Shown here piece after piece: positions 20,154 through 29,282 of a stretch of DNA of 64,000 bases. Source of the DNA: Polyangiaceae bacterium (GTDB lineage Bacteria > Myxococcota_A > Polyangia > Polyangiales > Polyangiaceae). The stretch is from positions 288,001 through 352,000 of the forward strand of contig CBDCTZ010000008.1 of NCBI GenBank assembly GCA_965222375.1. The letters run 5' to 3'. The position numbers and the translations under genes are program-made. The first letter of the stretch is position 1, and the number at the start of each line of letters is the position of its first letter. A model generated the notes under the pieces. It was given only the letters and a program-made list of their open reading frames with translations, made no database searches and had not been told where the DNA came from.

Positions 20154-21965
20154 TCAGCCCGCGATGATTTTCTTTACCGCGAATACCACACCAGCCAAGC
20201 TCTCGCCGGCGATGAGCCCAGAAGCAACGACGATCACGAAGCGCTTCGCCCAATTCTTCCACTTCTTGGTGACCAGCCAGGCGATGGCGCCCCCCATGAA
20301 GATCGCCATGGAGTAGTAGGCCGGGATGATCAGGGCGAGCCCCATGCTCGATGCGCTGGGTATCCAGAAACGTACGAGAGGCGGGGAAAATCGCTCCGCG
20401 GCAGCCAGTACGATCCCCAGTGCTCCGGCGATGTAGATCGCCGTCAGGGCGCCCTGGGGCATGCTGTCGAGGCCTTTCTGAAACACCTCCGCGACGGCCT
20501 TCCACTGCGCGACGGAAGGAGCGGGCCAGTCTTCGGTGAGCAACATCTTGCCGGGGTTGGGAACCAGCACGAGATACGCCGCGGCTCCAGCGAGGGCACC
20601 GGCCATGACGCCCAGGAATTGGGAGATGGCCTGCGCCCGAGGCCACACACCCAAGCGCCGCCCCGCTTGAAGATCGTGCAACATGTCGGCGCACTGGCTG
20701 GCGGCACCGCCGGTGACGTTGGCGGCCATGAGGTTGCTGGTCGGGTCGCCCGGCGCGATGACGCCCAAGCTAAGCTGGGTCACTTTGCCCATCGCGCCAA
20801 CCGGCGTGATGCCCGTTTCGCCCGCAACCCGCCCGGCAACGATGGCGAGCAAGAATGTGAAGAATACGCCGAACAGTGCCACCCACCAGCTGATACCGAA
20901 GAGCGCGATCTGCAGTACGACTGAGGCCGCCGCGACCGCGGCTCCAATCCGGAGATAGTTGCGCCGCGAAATCTCGTAGCGCGCGGGTTCGTTCGACTTG
21001 GCGTCATCCTTGGTGGCACTCTTCGCGCCTCGGAAGGCCACGATGATGGACTTGGCGCCAAGGAAGAAAGACGTCAGAGACGCCGTGACCATCATGGCTA
21101 CGCCCGGCCACAACATCCACTTGACCATCGGACCGAACCACATCGCACCCGGCTTGCCGGACTGCATATAACCGGCCTCCAGCATCGCCGGCGCCACGAA
21201 TCCCCAAGACACGACCGCTCCCAAGAGCAGCGACCAGCAAGCACGCATGCCAATCAGCGCGCCCAGGCCCAACATCAGCAAGCTGGGATCGAATGCGAAG
21301 CCCAAGTTCTTGAGCGACAGGGAGCCGATCCCCTTCGCGCCCATGGCGCCACCCGCGGAAAGGGACCCCGGCAGTCCGACTTTGGGGATCTTGAACAACT
21401 CCACGGCGACTTTCAGTCCCGCAGCCGCAAAGCCACCGACGAGCAGGGCTTTGACCCGCGCCATGGCCTCGCTGCCTCGAGCGTACATCTCACGCAATGT
21501 CTCCGACGTTGCGATCCCGAAGGGAAAGGGCAACTTGTCCCGCTCGAGCATCTGGCGCCTCAACCCGAGACCCACGATGATGCCAACGCAAGCCACGCTG
21601 AAGACCCACGTGGCTAACCACTGCCAGGCCAAGGTCTGACCCGTGAGCATCGTCAGCGCCGGAATGGGAGCCACCAGACCCGCGCTGGAAATCGAGGCGC
21701 CAGCCGACGCTCCGGTCTGGGCCACCGTGTTTTCCGCAATGCCGAAGGGTCGCCGCTTTGCAACGCGACTGGCGACTTGCCAGAACGCGAATCCGAGCAA
21801 CGCAGCGGTGATGCTCATGTTGGTGCCCCAACCAATCTTGAGCCCGCTGTAGATGTTACATAGTGACAGGATCGCACCAAACCCCATGCCCGTCAGCACG
21901 GCGCGAAGGGTGAGCTGGGTGACGTTGGGATCAACGGGGGGCGTCACATCTTGGATGTCGTTCAC
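20154..21965 (-). CDS. OPT-family oligopeptide transporter
   Basis: QLTLRAV, YSGLKIG, ENTVAQT, LPFPFG, GETGITP, ASGLIAGES. Start uncertain (GTG 21965 or 22028). Confidence 0.88.
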   Translation of the reverse strand: MNDIQDVTPPVDPNVTQLTLRAVLTGMGFGAILSLCNIYSGLKIGWGTNMSITAALLGFAFWQVASRVAKRRPFGIAENTVAQTGASAGASISSAGLVAPIPALTMLTGQTLAWQWLATWVFSVACVGIIVGLGLRRQMLERDKLPFPFGIATSETLREMYARGSEAMARVKALLVGGFAAAGLKVAVELFKIPKVGLPGSLSAGGAMGAKGIGSLSLKNLGFAFDPSLLMLGLGALIGMRACWSLLLGAVVSWGFVAPAMLEAGYMQSGKPGAMWFGPMVKWMLWPGVAMMVTASLTSFFLGAKSIIVAFRGAKSATKDDAKSNEPARYEISRRNYLRIGAAVAAASVVLQIALFGISWWVALFGVFFTFLLAIVAGRVAGETGITPVGAMGKVTQLSLGVIAPGDPTSNLMAANVTGGAASQCADMLHDLQAGRRLGVWPRAQAISQFLGVMAGALAGAAAYLVLVPNPGKMLLTEDWPAPSVAQWKAVAEVFQKGLDSMPQGALTAIYIAGALGIVLAAAERFSPPLVRFWIPSASSMGLALIIPAYYSMAIFMGGAIAWLVTKKWKNWAKRFVIVVASGLIAGESLAGVVFAVKKIIAG

Positions 21966-22082
21966 GGCGGCGGAGCATACGGACAAACCCCGCTGGCCCG
22001 CAGCACTTTGTCGCGAGCCTCGCGACAAAGCCGGAGTTATGCTGACGGCGTGGCAGGGCCGGATTTCCGAGATTTTCGCCTG

Positions 22083-22967
22083 GTGACTCGGGCCCCCGCG
22101 ACCGCGCTGGACCGCCTATTGCGCGAGCATTTCTCAGGGGCGAGCTGGACGCAAGTCCGCAAGCTGATCACCACGGGCAAGGTCTTCGTCGATGGCGTCG
22201 TGGTGAGGGACCCTCGCGCGTGCTTGGTGGCGGGGCAGTGCCTCGAACTCAGGTTGCGCGCGCGCCGAGTCAGGTCACAGGGGCTGCCCGAACGCAGCGT
22301 TTTGCACGTGGACAGCGCCATTGTCGTGGTGAACAAGACCGCGGGCATAGCCACGGTGCCCTTCGAAGACCAGGAGCCCCATGCGTTGAGCGAGCAGGTC
22401 CGCAGCCTGCTGTCGCGCAAGAGCAAAGGGCGCTGTCCGCCGCTCGGCGTCGTTCAGCGCCTGGACAAGTGGACCAGCGGTTGTCTGGTATTCGCGCGCA
22501 CCGCCGTCGCCAAACGCGAACTTCAGCAGCAGTTTCGCGACCACTCAGTGCATCGTCGCTACTGGGCCGTCGTGCACGGCAAGATGGCAAGCCAGACCCT
22601 GCGCTCCCACCTGATTCGAGATCGCGGTGACGGCAAGCGGGGCTCCACACGCGAAGCCCATCTAGGCCGCGAGGCGGTTACGCATGTGACTGTCTTGGAG
22701 AGCTTCGAGTCCGCTACTTGGGTCGAGTGCCGCCTCGAGACGGGCCGCACCCACCAAATCCGAATTCACTGCGCGGAGGCCGGGCACCCGCTATTCGGCG
22801 AGCGGGTCTACGCCGACTCATCCCTGATGGACGCCGCCCCGCGCCAGCAACTGCATGCCCATGAGCTTGGCTTTTTGCATCCTCTTTCCGGCAAGCGGCT
22901 GACGTTCCGGGTCCCGTTGCCAGAGGACATGCAATCCCAACTCGAGCAGCTCAGGGATCCAACTTGA
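22083..22967 (+). CDS. RluA-family pseudouridine synthase with S4 domain
   Basis: VVNK, QRLDKWTSG, LETGRTHQIR, LHA. Confidence 0.92.
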   Translation: MTRAPATALDRLLREHFSGASWTQVRKLITTGKVFVDGVVVRDPRACLVAGQCLELRLRARRVRSQGLPERSVLHVDSAIVVVNKTAGIATVPFEDQEPHALSEQVRSLLSRKSKGRCPPLGVVQRLDKWTSGCLVFARTAVAKRELQQQFRDHSVHRRYWAVVHGKMASQTLRSHLIRDRGDGKRGSTREAHLGREAVTHVTVLESFESATWVECRLETGRTHQIRIHCAEAGHPLFGERVYADSSLMDAAPRQQLHAHELGFLHPLSGKRLTFRVPLPEDMQSQLEQLRDPT

Positions 22968-25020
22968 CCCGCGTGATCGCGCGGCACTTTACATCTACGG
23001 TTTGGCCCTTGGTGAGCCAACTCGGCGGATCTCCCTTACCCAAGCGCACGAACTTGAGGCCACAGGCAGACTGGTTTTTCTCGTTGGTCGTTCCGACCTT
23101 GAACCCCGTGGCATAGACATCGGCGGCCGTGTCCGACTCCACGATCAGATAGCCCTGCCCCCAGTTCAGCTCACTTCCGTCATCGCCGTCGTCTTGGGGA
23201 GCGGCAGCAACACTAGCGCTCGGCGCCGCGCTCTCGAGCGGCACTGCGCTTTCGCTACCCGGGGGGGGAGCCGCTTGCGCCGAGGACGACGGCTGAGGGC
23301 TGGACAAGACCCCAGTCGCCGAGGCCGTCGCCGCGGAAAGCTCAGGAGCACCCAGACCCGTGGCGTCATCCCGAGCTCTCCACCACTCGTAGGCAAAGAA
23401 GGAGACCGCGAGCACGACCCCAACCAGCGCGCCGCCTCCAACCAACGCACCGAGACCGGAACGCGGCGGTGCCGTCGCCTGCTCCGGGGCGAACTGCTTT
23501 GCCTCCGGAGGCAGGGCGGGACTCTTCGGGATATCGATCGCCGCCTGGGGTGCCCGCGGAGGTGCTGGCGGTGGCAATGCTGGGTCAACGCTAGCGGCGG
23601 GGGCCGGAAAGGGCTCCGCACGCGGCGGCGCCGAGACCGGGGCGGGCTCCGGCTCGGGAGATGACGCGGGCGCCGGCTCGGGCTCGGGGGACGACGCGGG
23701 CGGCTCGGGCTCGGGAGACGACGCGGGCGGCTCGGGGGGCGGTGGTTCAGGCCGCGGGGGCGCAGCGGGCCGGGGAGGCGCGGCAGGCCGCGGCGGGCCG
23801 GCCTCAGCTTGCTTTTGGACCGGCGCTTCGGGCACCTGAGAGTCCCGAACCGCGACACCGATGGGCGCCGACAGTGCTACGAGCTCGGGCAGATTCTTTG
23901 GAACGTGGATTGCCGGTGCACTGGCGCGCGGCGTTTCGATCAAGGTGTGGAAGCCGTCAATGAACAACCGAAGATCTTCACCCAACCCATCTCGGATCTC
24001 GACACCGAAACCGGGCGGCGCCGCCGCCATGCTCGCCAGATCGAAACCGCGACGCCAAGCAACACGACCCACGAGGCGCACCCGTCGCTTTTGTCGCGGC
24101 GGCCTCAACTCCAACCAGATCTGCTCTTCCGGAGGTGGCAGCAGTGTGCGAACGAACAGCCCGCCCGAGCTGATGTTGTAGGACAAGCCGAGTTCATCGT
24201 CGTCGTCTCCCGCTCCCCGAAACCACACGCAGGTCCCGTACAGCAAGCGTGGGCTCGCTCGGGCGGCCTTGCTCGTGCCGCTGAGCATCTCGTTGGAGGC
24301 GAACAACACGCTTTCTGGCGGCAAGTACGAACCCATGACGGAAACGTTCTCGAGGCCGTCCAGCCGGTTTCGCACTTCGACAATTTCCTTGCGCTGAGCC
24401 GTGATGACCCAGACTGGTTTCGAGCCTTTCTTGCGGGACTGCTCGATGATGCCCCGGGTGACGCCCAGCTCTGCTCCCGCAACCATCAGGCGCACATCGG
24501 CTTGCTGGGAAAAGTACTTAACCGCTACGTCATCCAGCGCAAGCTTCACGTCGTAGCCGGCGTTGCTGAGCACGCGACCGAACACGGCGCCCCGCGCCTT
24601 GTCGGGGTCACAGACTACGGCGCGGCCCCGCTCGTTCATCGATTCCGGTGGTTCTCCAAGGGGGAGCACCTTGAGTCGTGAGAGCAACGCGGCGTTCTGT
24701 TCCGCCGGGATCACGTCATCCGCGCCCATGGAGTAGAGCTTCTCCACGAAGACGTCGCCGATCTCCGAGGCCAATGCGATGAGCGGAACGCCCGCCAGCG
24801 CCGTGCGGGCGCGCACCTTTTCGCACACTTTGTCGGCCCGGGCGACCCGAGTATCAAAGGCCACCAACGCGGGTTCGTTGTGTTCTAGCCAGGAGAGCGC
24901 CGCGGGGGTCGACTCTACGTTGGCGAGTTCCAGCTTGGACGCCTGCGCGATCGCACTCAAGCTTCGACGGCGGTCCGGATCGAGCTTGCCTAGGAAAAGC
25001 AGATGGGCGAATCGCGCCAC
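22951..25020 (-). CDS. Receiver-like domains + PilZ + Pro-rich linker + TM + C-terminal extracytoplasmic domain
   Basis: N-terminal REC-like folds (VPLIAL, GADD); PilZ motifs RASPR and NISSGG; TM LVGGGALVGVVLAVSFFAY. Confidence 0.75.
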   Translation of the reverse strand: MARFAHLLFLGKLDPDRRRSLSAIAQASKLELANVESTPAALSWLEHNEPALVAFDTRVARADKVCEKVRARTALAGVPLIALASEIGDVFVEKLYSMGADDVIPAEQNAALLSRLKVLPLGEPPESMNERGRAVVCDPDKARGAVFGRVLSNAGYDVKLALDDVAVKYFSQQADVRLMVAGAELGVTRGIIEQSRKKGSKPVWVITAQRKEIVEVRNRLDGLENVSVMGSYLPPESVLFASNEMLSGTSKAARASPRLLYGTCVWFRGAGDDDDELGLSYNISSGGLFVRTLLPPPEEQIWLELRPPRQKRRVRLVGRVAWRRGFDLASMAAAPPGFGVEIRDGLGEDLRLFIDGFHTLIETPRASAPAIHVPKNLPELVALSAPIGVAVRDSQVPEAPVQKQAEAGPPRPAAPPRPAAPPRPEPPPPEPPASSPEPEPPASSPEPEPAPASSPEPEPAPVSAPPRAEPFPAPAASVDPALPPPAPPRAPQAAIDIPKSPALPPEAKQFAPEQATAPPRSGLGALVGGGALVGVVLAVSFFAYEWWRARDDATGLGAPELSAATASATGVLSSPQPSSSAQAAPPPGSESAVPLESAAPSASVAAAPQDDGDDGSELNWGQGYLIVESDTAADVYATGFKVGTTNEKNQSACGLKFVRLGKGDPPSWLTKGQTVDVKCRAITRVKLDP
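23641..23735 (-). repeat. Coding tandem repeat (ASSPEPEP x3) in the Pro-rich linker
   Basis: Three 27-30-bp units containing GGCTCGGG(A/G)GA(C/T)GACGCGGG on the + strand. Confidence 0.8.
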
Positions 25021-25071
25021 GTGTGCATGCTAGTCCGTCGTGGCGCGCACCGGTACCCCGATATAACTCTG

Positions 25072-25144
25072 AGCGGGACACGGGATTCGAACCCGTGACC
25101 CCAAGCTTGGGAAGCTTGTGCTCTACCAGCTGAGCTAGTCCCGC
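25072..25144 (-). tRNA. tRNA-Gly(CCC)
   Basis: Reverse complement GCGGGACTAGCTCAGCTGGTAGAGC...TTCCCAA...GGTTCGAATCCCGTGTCCCGCT folds as a cloverleaf; CCA not encoded. Confidence 0.96.
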
Positions 25145-25239
25145 AGATCGTCCCGGAGCATACTTCCGCCCTAGGGCCCGTCAACCGCCTCAGCAGTCTC
25201 CTTGACCGGAAACCTGGGACGAGGCTAAAACCTCAAGCC

Positions 25240-25488
25240 TTGAAAACCGCGAGTATTCATTCCTCCTGCGAGTGCCAAGCCAGGCTCTATGCCGAGCTCG
25301 ACGAGCAGCGACACGTCCGCAAAGGCTGGGCAAAAGACCGCCGGCGGCGACTGGAAAAGCCTGCCCCAGCCCACAGCATCGGCGCCGCCAAAGACCGCTT
25401 CGACGTGGCGTGGTTCTGCCCTTTCTGTGTGCGGAACACCCTGCGCTCGTTCGACGCATCTGGCCTTGCCTGGCGTACCACCGTTTGA
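25240..25488 (+). CDS. Small putative Zn-binding protein (CxC...CxxC)
   Basis: 82 aa, CEC and CPFC; fills the gap between the tRNA and the convergent gene; TTG start. Confidence 0.6.
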   Translation: MKTASIHSSCECQARLYAELDEQRHVRKGWAKDRRRRLEKPAPAHSIGAAKDRFDVAWFCPFCVRNTLRSFDASGLAWRTTV

Positions 25489-25503
25489 GCGGGGTATCGG
25501 CTC

Positions 25504-25836
25504 TCAGGCGGCGGCCAGGCGGAAGCTGTGTTCGCCCTGTTCGACGAGTTCCAACATGGCCCGGGTCACACGCACCCGAGCCGCATCGCGACTGCGCTGC
25601 CGAAGGAACACCGCCTGCTTGAGCGCCTTGGTGGCCTCGTCACGACGGCCCGCCCGAACGCACTGCACGGCGTATAGAGTCCACAGGCGCGCGCTGTCCT
25701 TGTCGCGAAGACACGCTTCCTTCAGGGTCAGCATGGCGCGACGATGTTCACCTCGGCGTCGGTGCCTCCAGGCACGCCCGAGCAGACCGCTATCCGCTTG
25801 GCGGGTGCTAACTTGTGATCTTCGTCGGCGACGCAT
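25504..25836 (-). CDS. Small basic TPR-like helical protein
   Basis: GGGGAG RBS before ATG 25836; ARLWTLYAVQCVRAGRRDEATKALKQA is TPR-like. Confidence 0.65.
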   Translation of the reverse strand: MRRRRRSQVSTRQADSGLLGRAWRHRRRGEHRRAMLTLKEACLRDKDSARLWTLYAVQCVRAGRRDEATKALKQAVFLRQRSRDAARVRVTRAMLELVEQGEHSFRLAAA

Positions 25837-25954
25837 GTTGGTTACTCCCCTTTGACGTGCGAACCCTCGTTTCGATTTTCCTATCCGCGTTGTCACAGTT
25901 CCTACGGAATGGAAAAGTTTGTGAGGATGCTTGGTCTCCGGGCACCTGCAGGTC

Positions 25955-25970
25955 TGCAGTCTGCGTGCCA
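25955..25970 (-). promoter_or_regulatory. Sigma-54 -24/-12 promoter
   Basis: Minus strand TGGCACG-CAGA-CTGCA versus consensus TGGCACG-N4-TTGC. Confidence 0.7.
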
Positions 25971-26110
25971 AGGTGCCTCCAGAGCCGGAAACCTGCATGA
26001 ATTCATGCGGATCGGCACGGGGCGAGGGCTCTAAGGAGCGGCGCGTTGCGTCAAAGGCGTGACAGTTGGATCCGACCTTTGTCGCGCAGTGGCGATAACT
26101 GCGCGCACAT

Positions 26111-27250
26111 TCACGCACATGCTCGGTACAGCGCGATCATGTCCTTCTTGCTCATCTCTCGAGGGTTGTCGCGGTGACACGCATCCTCCATAGCTAGCGT
26201 GGCAAGTCGCTCGAAATCTGGAGAGTCTACGCCCGCTTCGCGGAGCGAACCGGGAAGCCCCCAGGATTGCCGGAGAGAACGCAACCGCGTCGTGGCTGCA
26301 CTCGCCTCGGCATCACCACCAAGCAGCAGCGAAATATGCAACACACGCTCGAGCGCGGCGCTTTCGTTGTGCGCAACGACCGCGGGCAAGCACAGTGCGT
26401 TGGCGAGGCCGTGGTGCAGCCCGTACTCGCTCGACAGCGGGTGGGCCATGCTGTGGCAGGCGCCGAGGCCCTTCTGAAATGCGACGGCCCCCATCATCGC
26501 GGCCTTCATCATCCCGCCCCGCGCTTGCAAGCTGCTACCATCATCAATCGCTGCGGACAGGTGATTGGCGACCAGGTCCACGCCCGCCACGGCAATCGCG
26601 TCGGCCATGGGGTGATCGCCCTTCGCCAAGTAGGCTTCGATGCAGTGGGTCAGTGCGTCGAAGCCCGTCGCTGCCGTGACTTTTGCCGGCAAGCTCGTGG
26701 TGAGCTCCGGGTCGAGCACCGCCATCTTGGGCAGCAGCGCAGGGTGAAACACGACGGTCTTGCGACCACTAGACTTCACAGTAAGCACGGCGGCGCGGCC
26801 GACCTCGCTGCCCGTTCCCGAGGTAGTCGGGACTGCCAGGATCGGAGGCAGCTCTTCCGGCACGTGCTCGCCACCTCCGATGGCGTCATCCAACTCTTCC
26901 CACGTGCGCGAACAGCGGGCACGGACTGCAATGAGCTTTGCTGCGTCGATAGGCGACCCGCCACCGACCGCAACTATGCTATCCGCCTCATGCTCACCGA
27001 AGGCCTTCGCTCCCGCCTCGACCTCGGCTTCCGTTGGGTTCGAGGAGACCCCCGAATAGGTGAGAGCGACTGCGCCGGCCTCGGACAATGCCTTTTGAAC
27101 CGGTTTCAAGACACCGGCGGTCTCCACTCCGGGGTCCGTGACGATCAAGACGCGTCGCATGGCGAGGCGCCGCGCAGCTGCATCGAGTTCGCGAGTTGCG
27201 CCGGCGCCAAAGACGATCTTGGTAGGAAAATTCCAAGTAGTGAGTGCCAT
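26111..27250 (-). CDS. Iron-containing alcohol dehydrogenase
   Basis: GGGSPIDAAK, VPTTSGTGSE, DALTHCIE, HSMAH, HHG. Confidence 0.93.
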   Translation of the reverse strand: MALTTWNFPTKIVFGAGATRELDAAARRLAMRRVLIVTDPGVETAGVLKPVQKALSEAGAVALTYSGVSSNPTEAEVEAGAKAFGEHEADSIVAVGGGSPIDAAKLIAVRARCSRTWEELDDAIGGGEHVPEELPPILAVPTTSGTGSEVGRAAVLTVKSSGRKTVVFHPALLPKMAVLDPELTTSLPAKVTAATGFDALTHCIEAYLAKGDHPMADAIAVAGVDLVANHLSAAIDDGSSLQARGGMMKAAMMGAVAFQKGLGACHSMAHPLSSEYGLHHGLANALCLPAVVAHNESAALERVLHISLLLGGDAEASAATTRLRSLRQSWGLPGSLREAGVDSPDFERLATLAMEDACHRDNPREMSKKDMIALYRACA

Positions 27251-27286
27251 ACTGTGGGCTCCTTGAAGGTCGCTGCACGCTTTCTG

Positions 27287-28699
27287 TTAGATCGATTCGA
27301 AATACCGTTGTAGTTCCCAGTCCGTCACGGCGCGCTCAAAACAGCGCACCTCCCAGTTTCGGGTGACACAATAGTGATCGACGAACTCCGCCCCAAACAG
27401 GGCGCGGGCCGCTTGGCTCTTTTGGAGCAGCCGGGTTGCCTCGGCCAGAGAGGTGGGCAAGCGGCCAGGCCCGTCGATTCGAGCTTCGCCCTGGGTCTCC
27501 GCGGGTGGGTCGAGCTTCTTCTCGATGCCCCAAAGACCCGCACCCAGGCAGGCCGCCATGGCAACATAGGGATTCATATCCGCGGCAGTTTGCCGGTACT
27601 CGATGCGCTGTCCGGATTCGTTGCCCAGATCGATCAGACGGATCGCGCAGGTTCGGTTGTCCACACCCCAAGATGCCGACAAGGGCGCCCACACGCCGGG
27701 CACGTAGCGCTTGTAGCTATTGATGGTGGGCGAATACATCGCAGTCAGTTCCGCCATGAGGGCCATTTGGCCCCCCACGTAGTGGCGCATGGCTTTTGAC
27801 ATACTGCGCCGCGCACCGGAGTCGACGAACGCGTTCTTTCCGCCGCTCCAAAGGGATTGATGCAGGTGTCCACTGGCTCCGGGCAAGTCTGGATTCCACT
27901 TCGCCATGAAAGTGACCGACAGCCCATGCCGATGGGCGATTTCTTTGACCGCGGTTTTGAACAGCGCCGCCTTGTCAGCGGCGGCCAGAGCTTCGTCGTG
28001 GGTGATGGCAGCTTCGTAGACCCCAGGCCCCGTCTCGGTGTGGAGCCCCTCGAGTTGGATCCCAAAGGCATCCAACTCGGTCAGCAGGTCCCGCATCAAT
28101 TCGCTGTCCTGCCCGGCTCTCAGCCAGCTATAACCAAACATCCCAGGGTCCAGGGGCTGCAGACCGCGGAAGCCCTTTTCGTGCAGAGTCTCGCGAGTTT
28201 CCCGGAAAAAGAAGAACTCGTACTCGGCAGAAAAACGGGCGGAAAACCCTAATCGCTCCGCACGCGCTAGCACGTGCTTCAACAGCGAACGCGGGCACGC
28301 TGGGTGCGGCTGACCATCTCGGGTCCGGAAGTCCACGAGGCACGCGGCCACGCCAGGCTCCCAGGGGATCTTACGAAGAGTCGCCCGGTCCAGGACGGCG
28401 CGAGCATCGGGATAGCCGCTATCCCAACCGGTGACGGAAGCGCTGTCGTAGAGCACGTCCGCCACGTCCCAACCGAAGATGACGTCGCAGAAACCGAAGC
28501 CCTTCTTCAGCGCTGATTCGAGCTTTTCGAGGCTGATGTACTTACCGCGCAGAACACCGTCGATGTCGAAGCCCCCGACCTTGGCGCGGGTGACGCCTGC
28601 ACGCGATAGCTCGTCGATGAGCAAACGTGAAGCGCGCTCGCTTCGAGGGCTTTTCGCAGGGCTCTTTTTCTGCTTCTGCTTCTTCTTGCCGGCCGCCAT
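27287..28699 (-). CDS. Glutamine synthetase-like protein (gamma-glutamyl-amine ligase type)
   Basis: DIDGVLRGK, EYEFF, HTETGPGVYE, TFMAK, SGHLHQSL, NSYKR, WGVDNRT, RIEYR. Confidence 0.92.
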   Translation of the reverse strand: MAAGKKKQKQKKSPAKSPRSERASRLLIDELSRAGVTRAKVGGFDIDGVLRGKYISLEKLESALKKGFGFCDVIFGWDVADVLYDSASVTGWDSGYPDARAVLDRATLRKIPWEPGVAACLVDFRTRDGQPHPACPRSLLKHVLARAERLGFSARFSAEYEFFFFRETRETLHEKGFRGLQPLDPGMFGYSWLRAGQDSELMRDLLTELDAFGIQLEGLHTETGPGVYEAAITHDEALAAADKAALFKTAVKEIAHRHGLSVTFMAKWNPDLPGASGHLHQSLWSGGKNAFVDSGARRSMSKAMRHYVGGQMALMAELTAMYSPTINSYKRYVPGVWAPLSASWGVDNRTCAIRLIDLGNESGQRIEYRQTAADMNPYVAMAACLGAGLWGIEKKLDPPAETQGEARIDGPGRLPTSLAEATRLLQKSQAARALFGAEFVDHYCVTRNWEVRCFERAVTDWELQRYFESI

Positions 28700-28788
28700 C
28701 CAGCAGGCATAGCGAACACATCGCGCGGCAGCAATCGTCCGAGTTGCTATCGTGTAACCCGATCCCGAAAGCCCGAAAGCTGTGGAAC

Positions 28789-29214
28789 TCAGCCGCCGAG
28801 CAATATCTCGTGCAAACGCTCGGCGACGGAGTCCACGGAATACGGTTTGGGGACGTACCCTGCGACCACTGGGTGTTGGAGCAACGCTTCGGGAACGTCA
28901 TCTTCTGCCAGACCACTGGTCAGAAGCACACATGCACCTCGATCCGCCTCTGCCAGCAAGTCGAGCAACTCGGAACTGGACTCGCCCGGCAGGTTGACGT
29001 CCAAAACGACGGCGCGAACGGAAACGGAATTGAGCAACTCCCTCGCCGACGCAATGTCCGTCGCGGCATGAGTGTCGAACCCATGGGACTCCAGCAGCTG
29101 TGCAGTGAGGGACGCCAGGCGTGCTTCATCGTCGCAAATCAAGACATGCGGCGCACGCCCACTGGAAGCTGGGCCATGGCGGTGCTGCAGATGCGGACGC
29201 GTCTCGGTCGACAA
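28789..29214 (-). CDS. Single-domain response regulator
   Basis: ICDDE, LDVNLP (phospho-Asp), TSG, KPY. Confidence 0.88.
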   Translation of the reverse strand: MSTETRPHLQHRHGPASSGRAPHVLICDDEARLASLTAQLLESHGFDTHAATDIASARELLNSVSVRAVVLDVNLPGESSSELLDLLAEADRGACVLLTSGLAEDDVPEALLQHPVVAGYVPKPYSVDSVAERLHEILLGG

Positions 29215-29282
29215 AACCCCTCTCCTGAGTCATAGCGTAGCGAAGTTTGAGGCTTCGGACCAGCGCCGACGCTCCCTCGAAA

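Noticed and set aside
25072..25144. tRNA-Gly as an island integration site
   Set aside because: I found no duplicate of its 3' end, no integrase and no obvious compositional shift.
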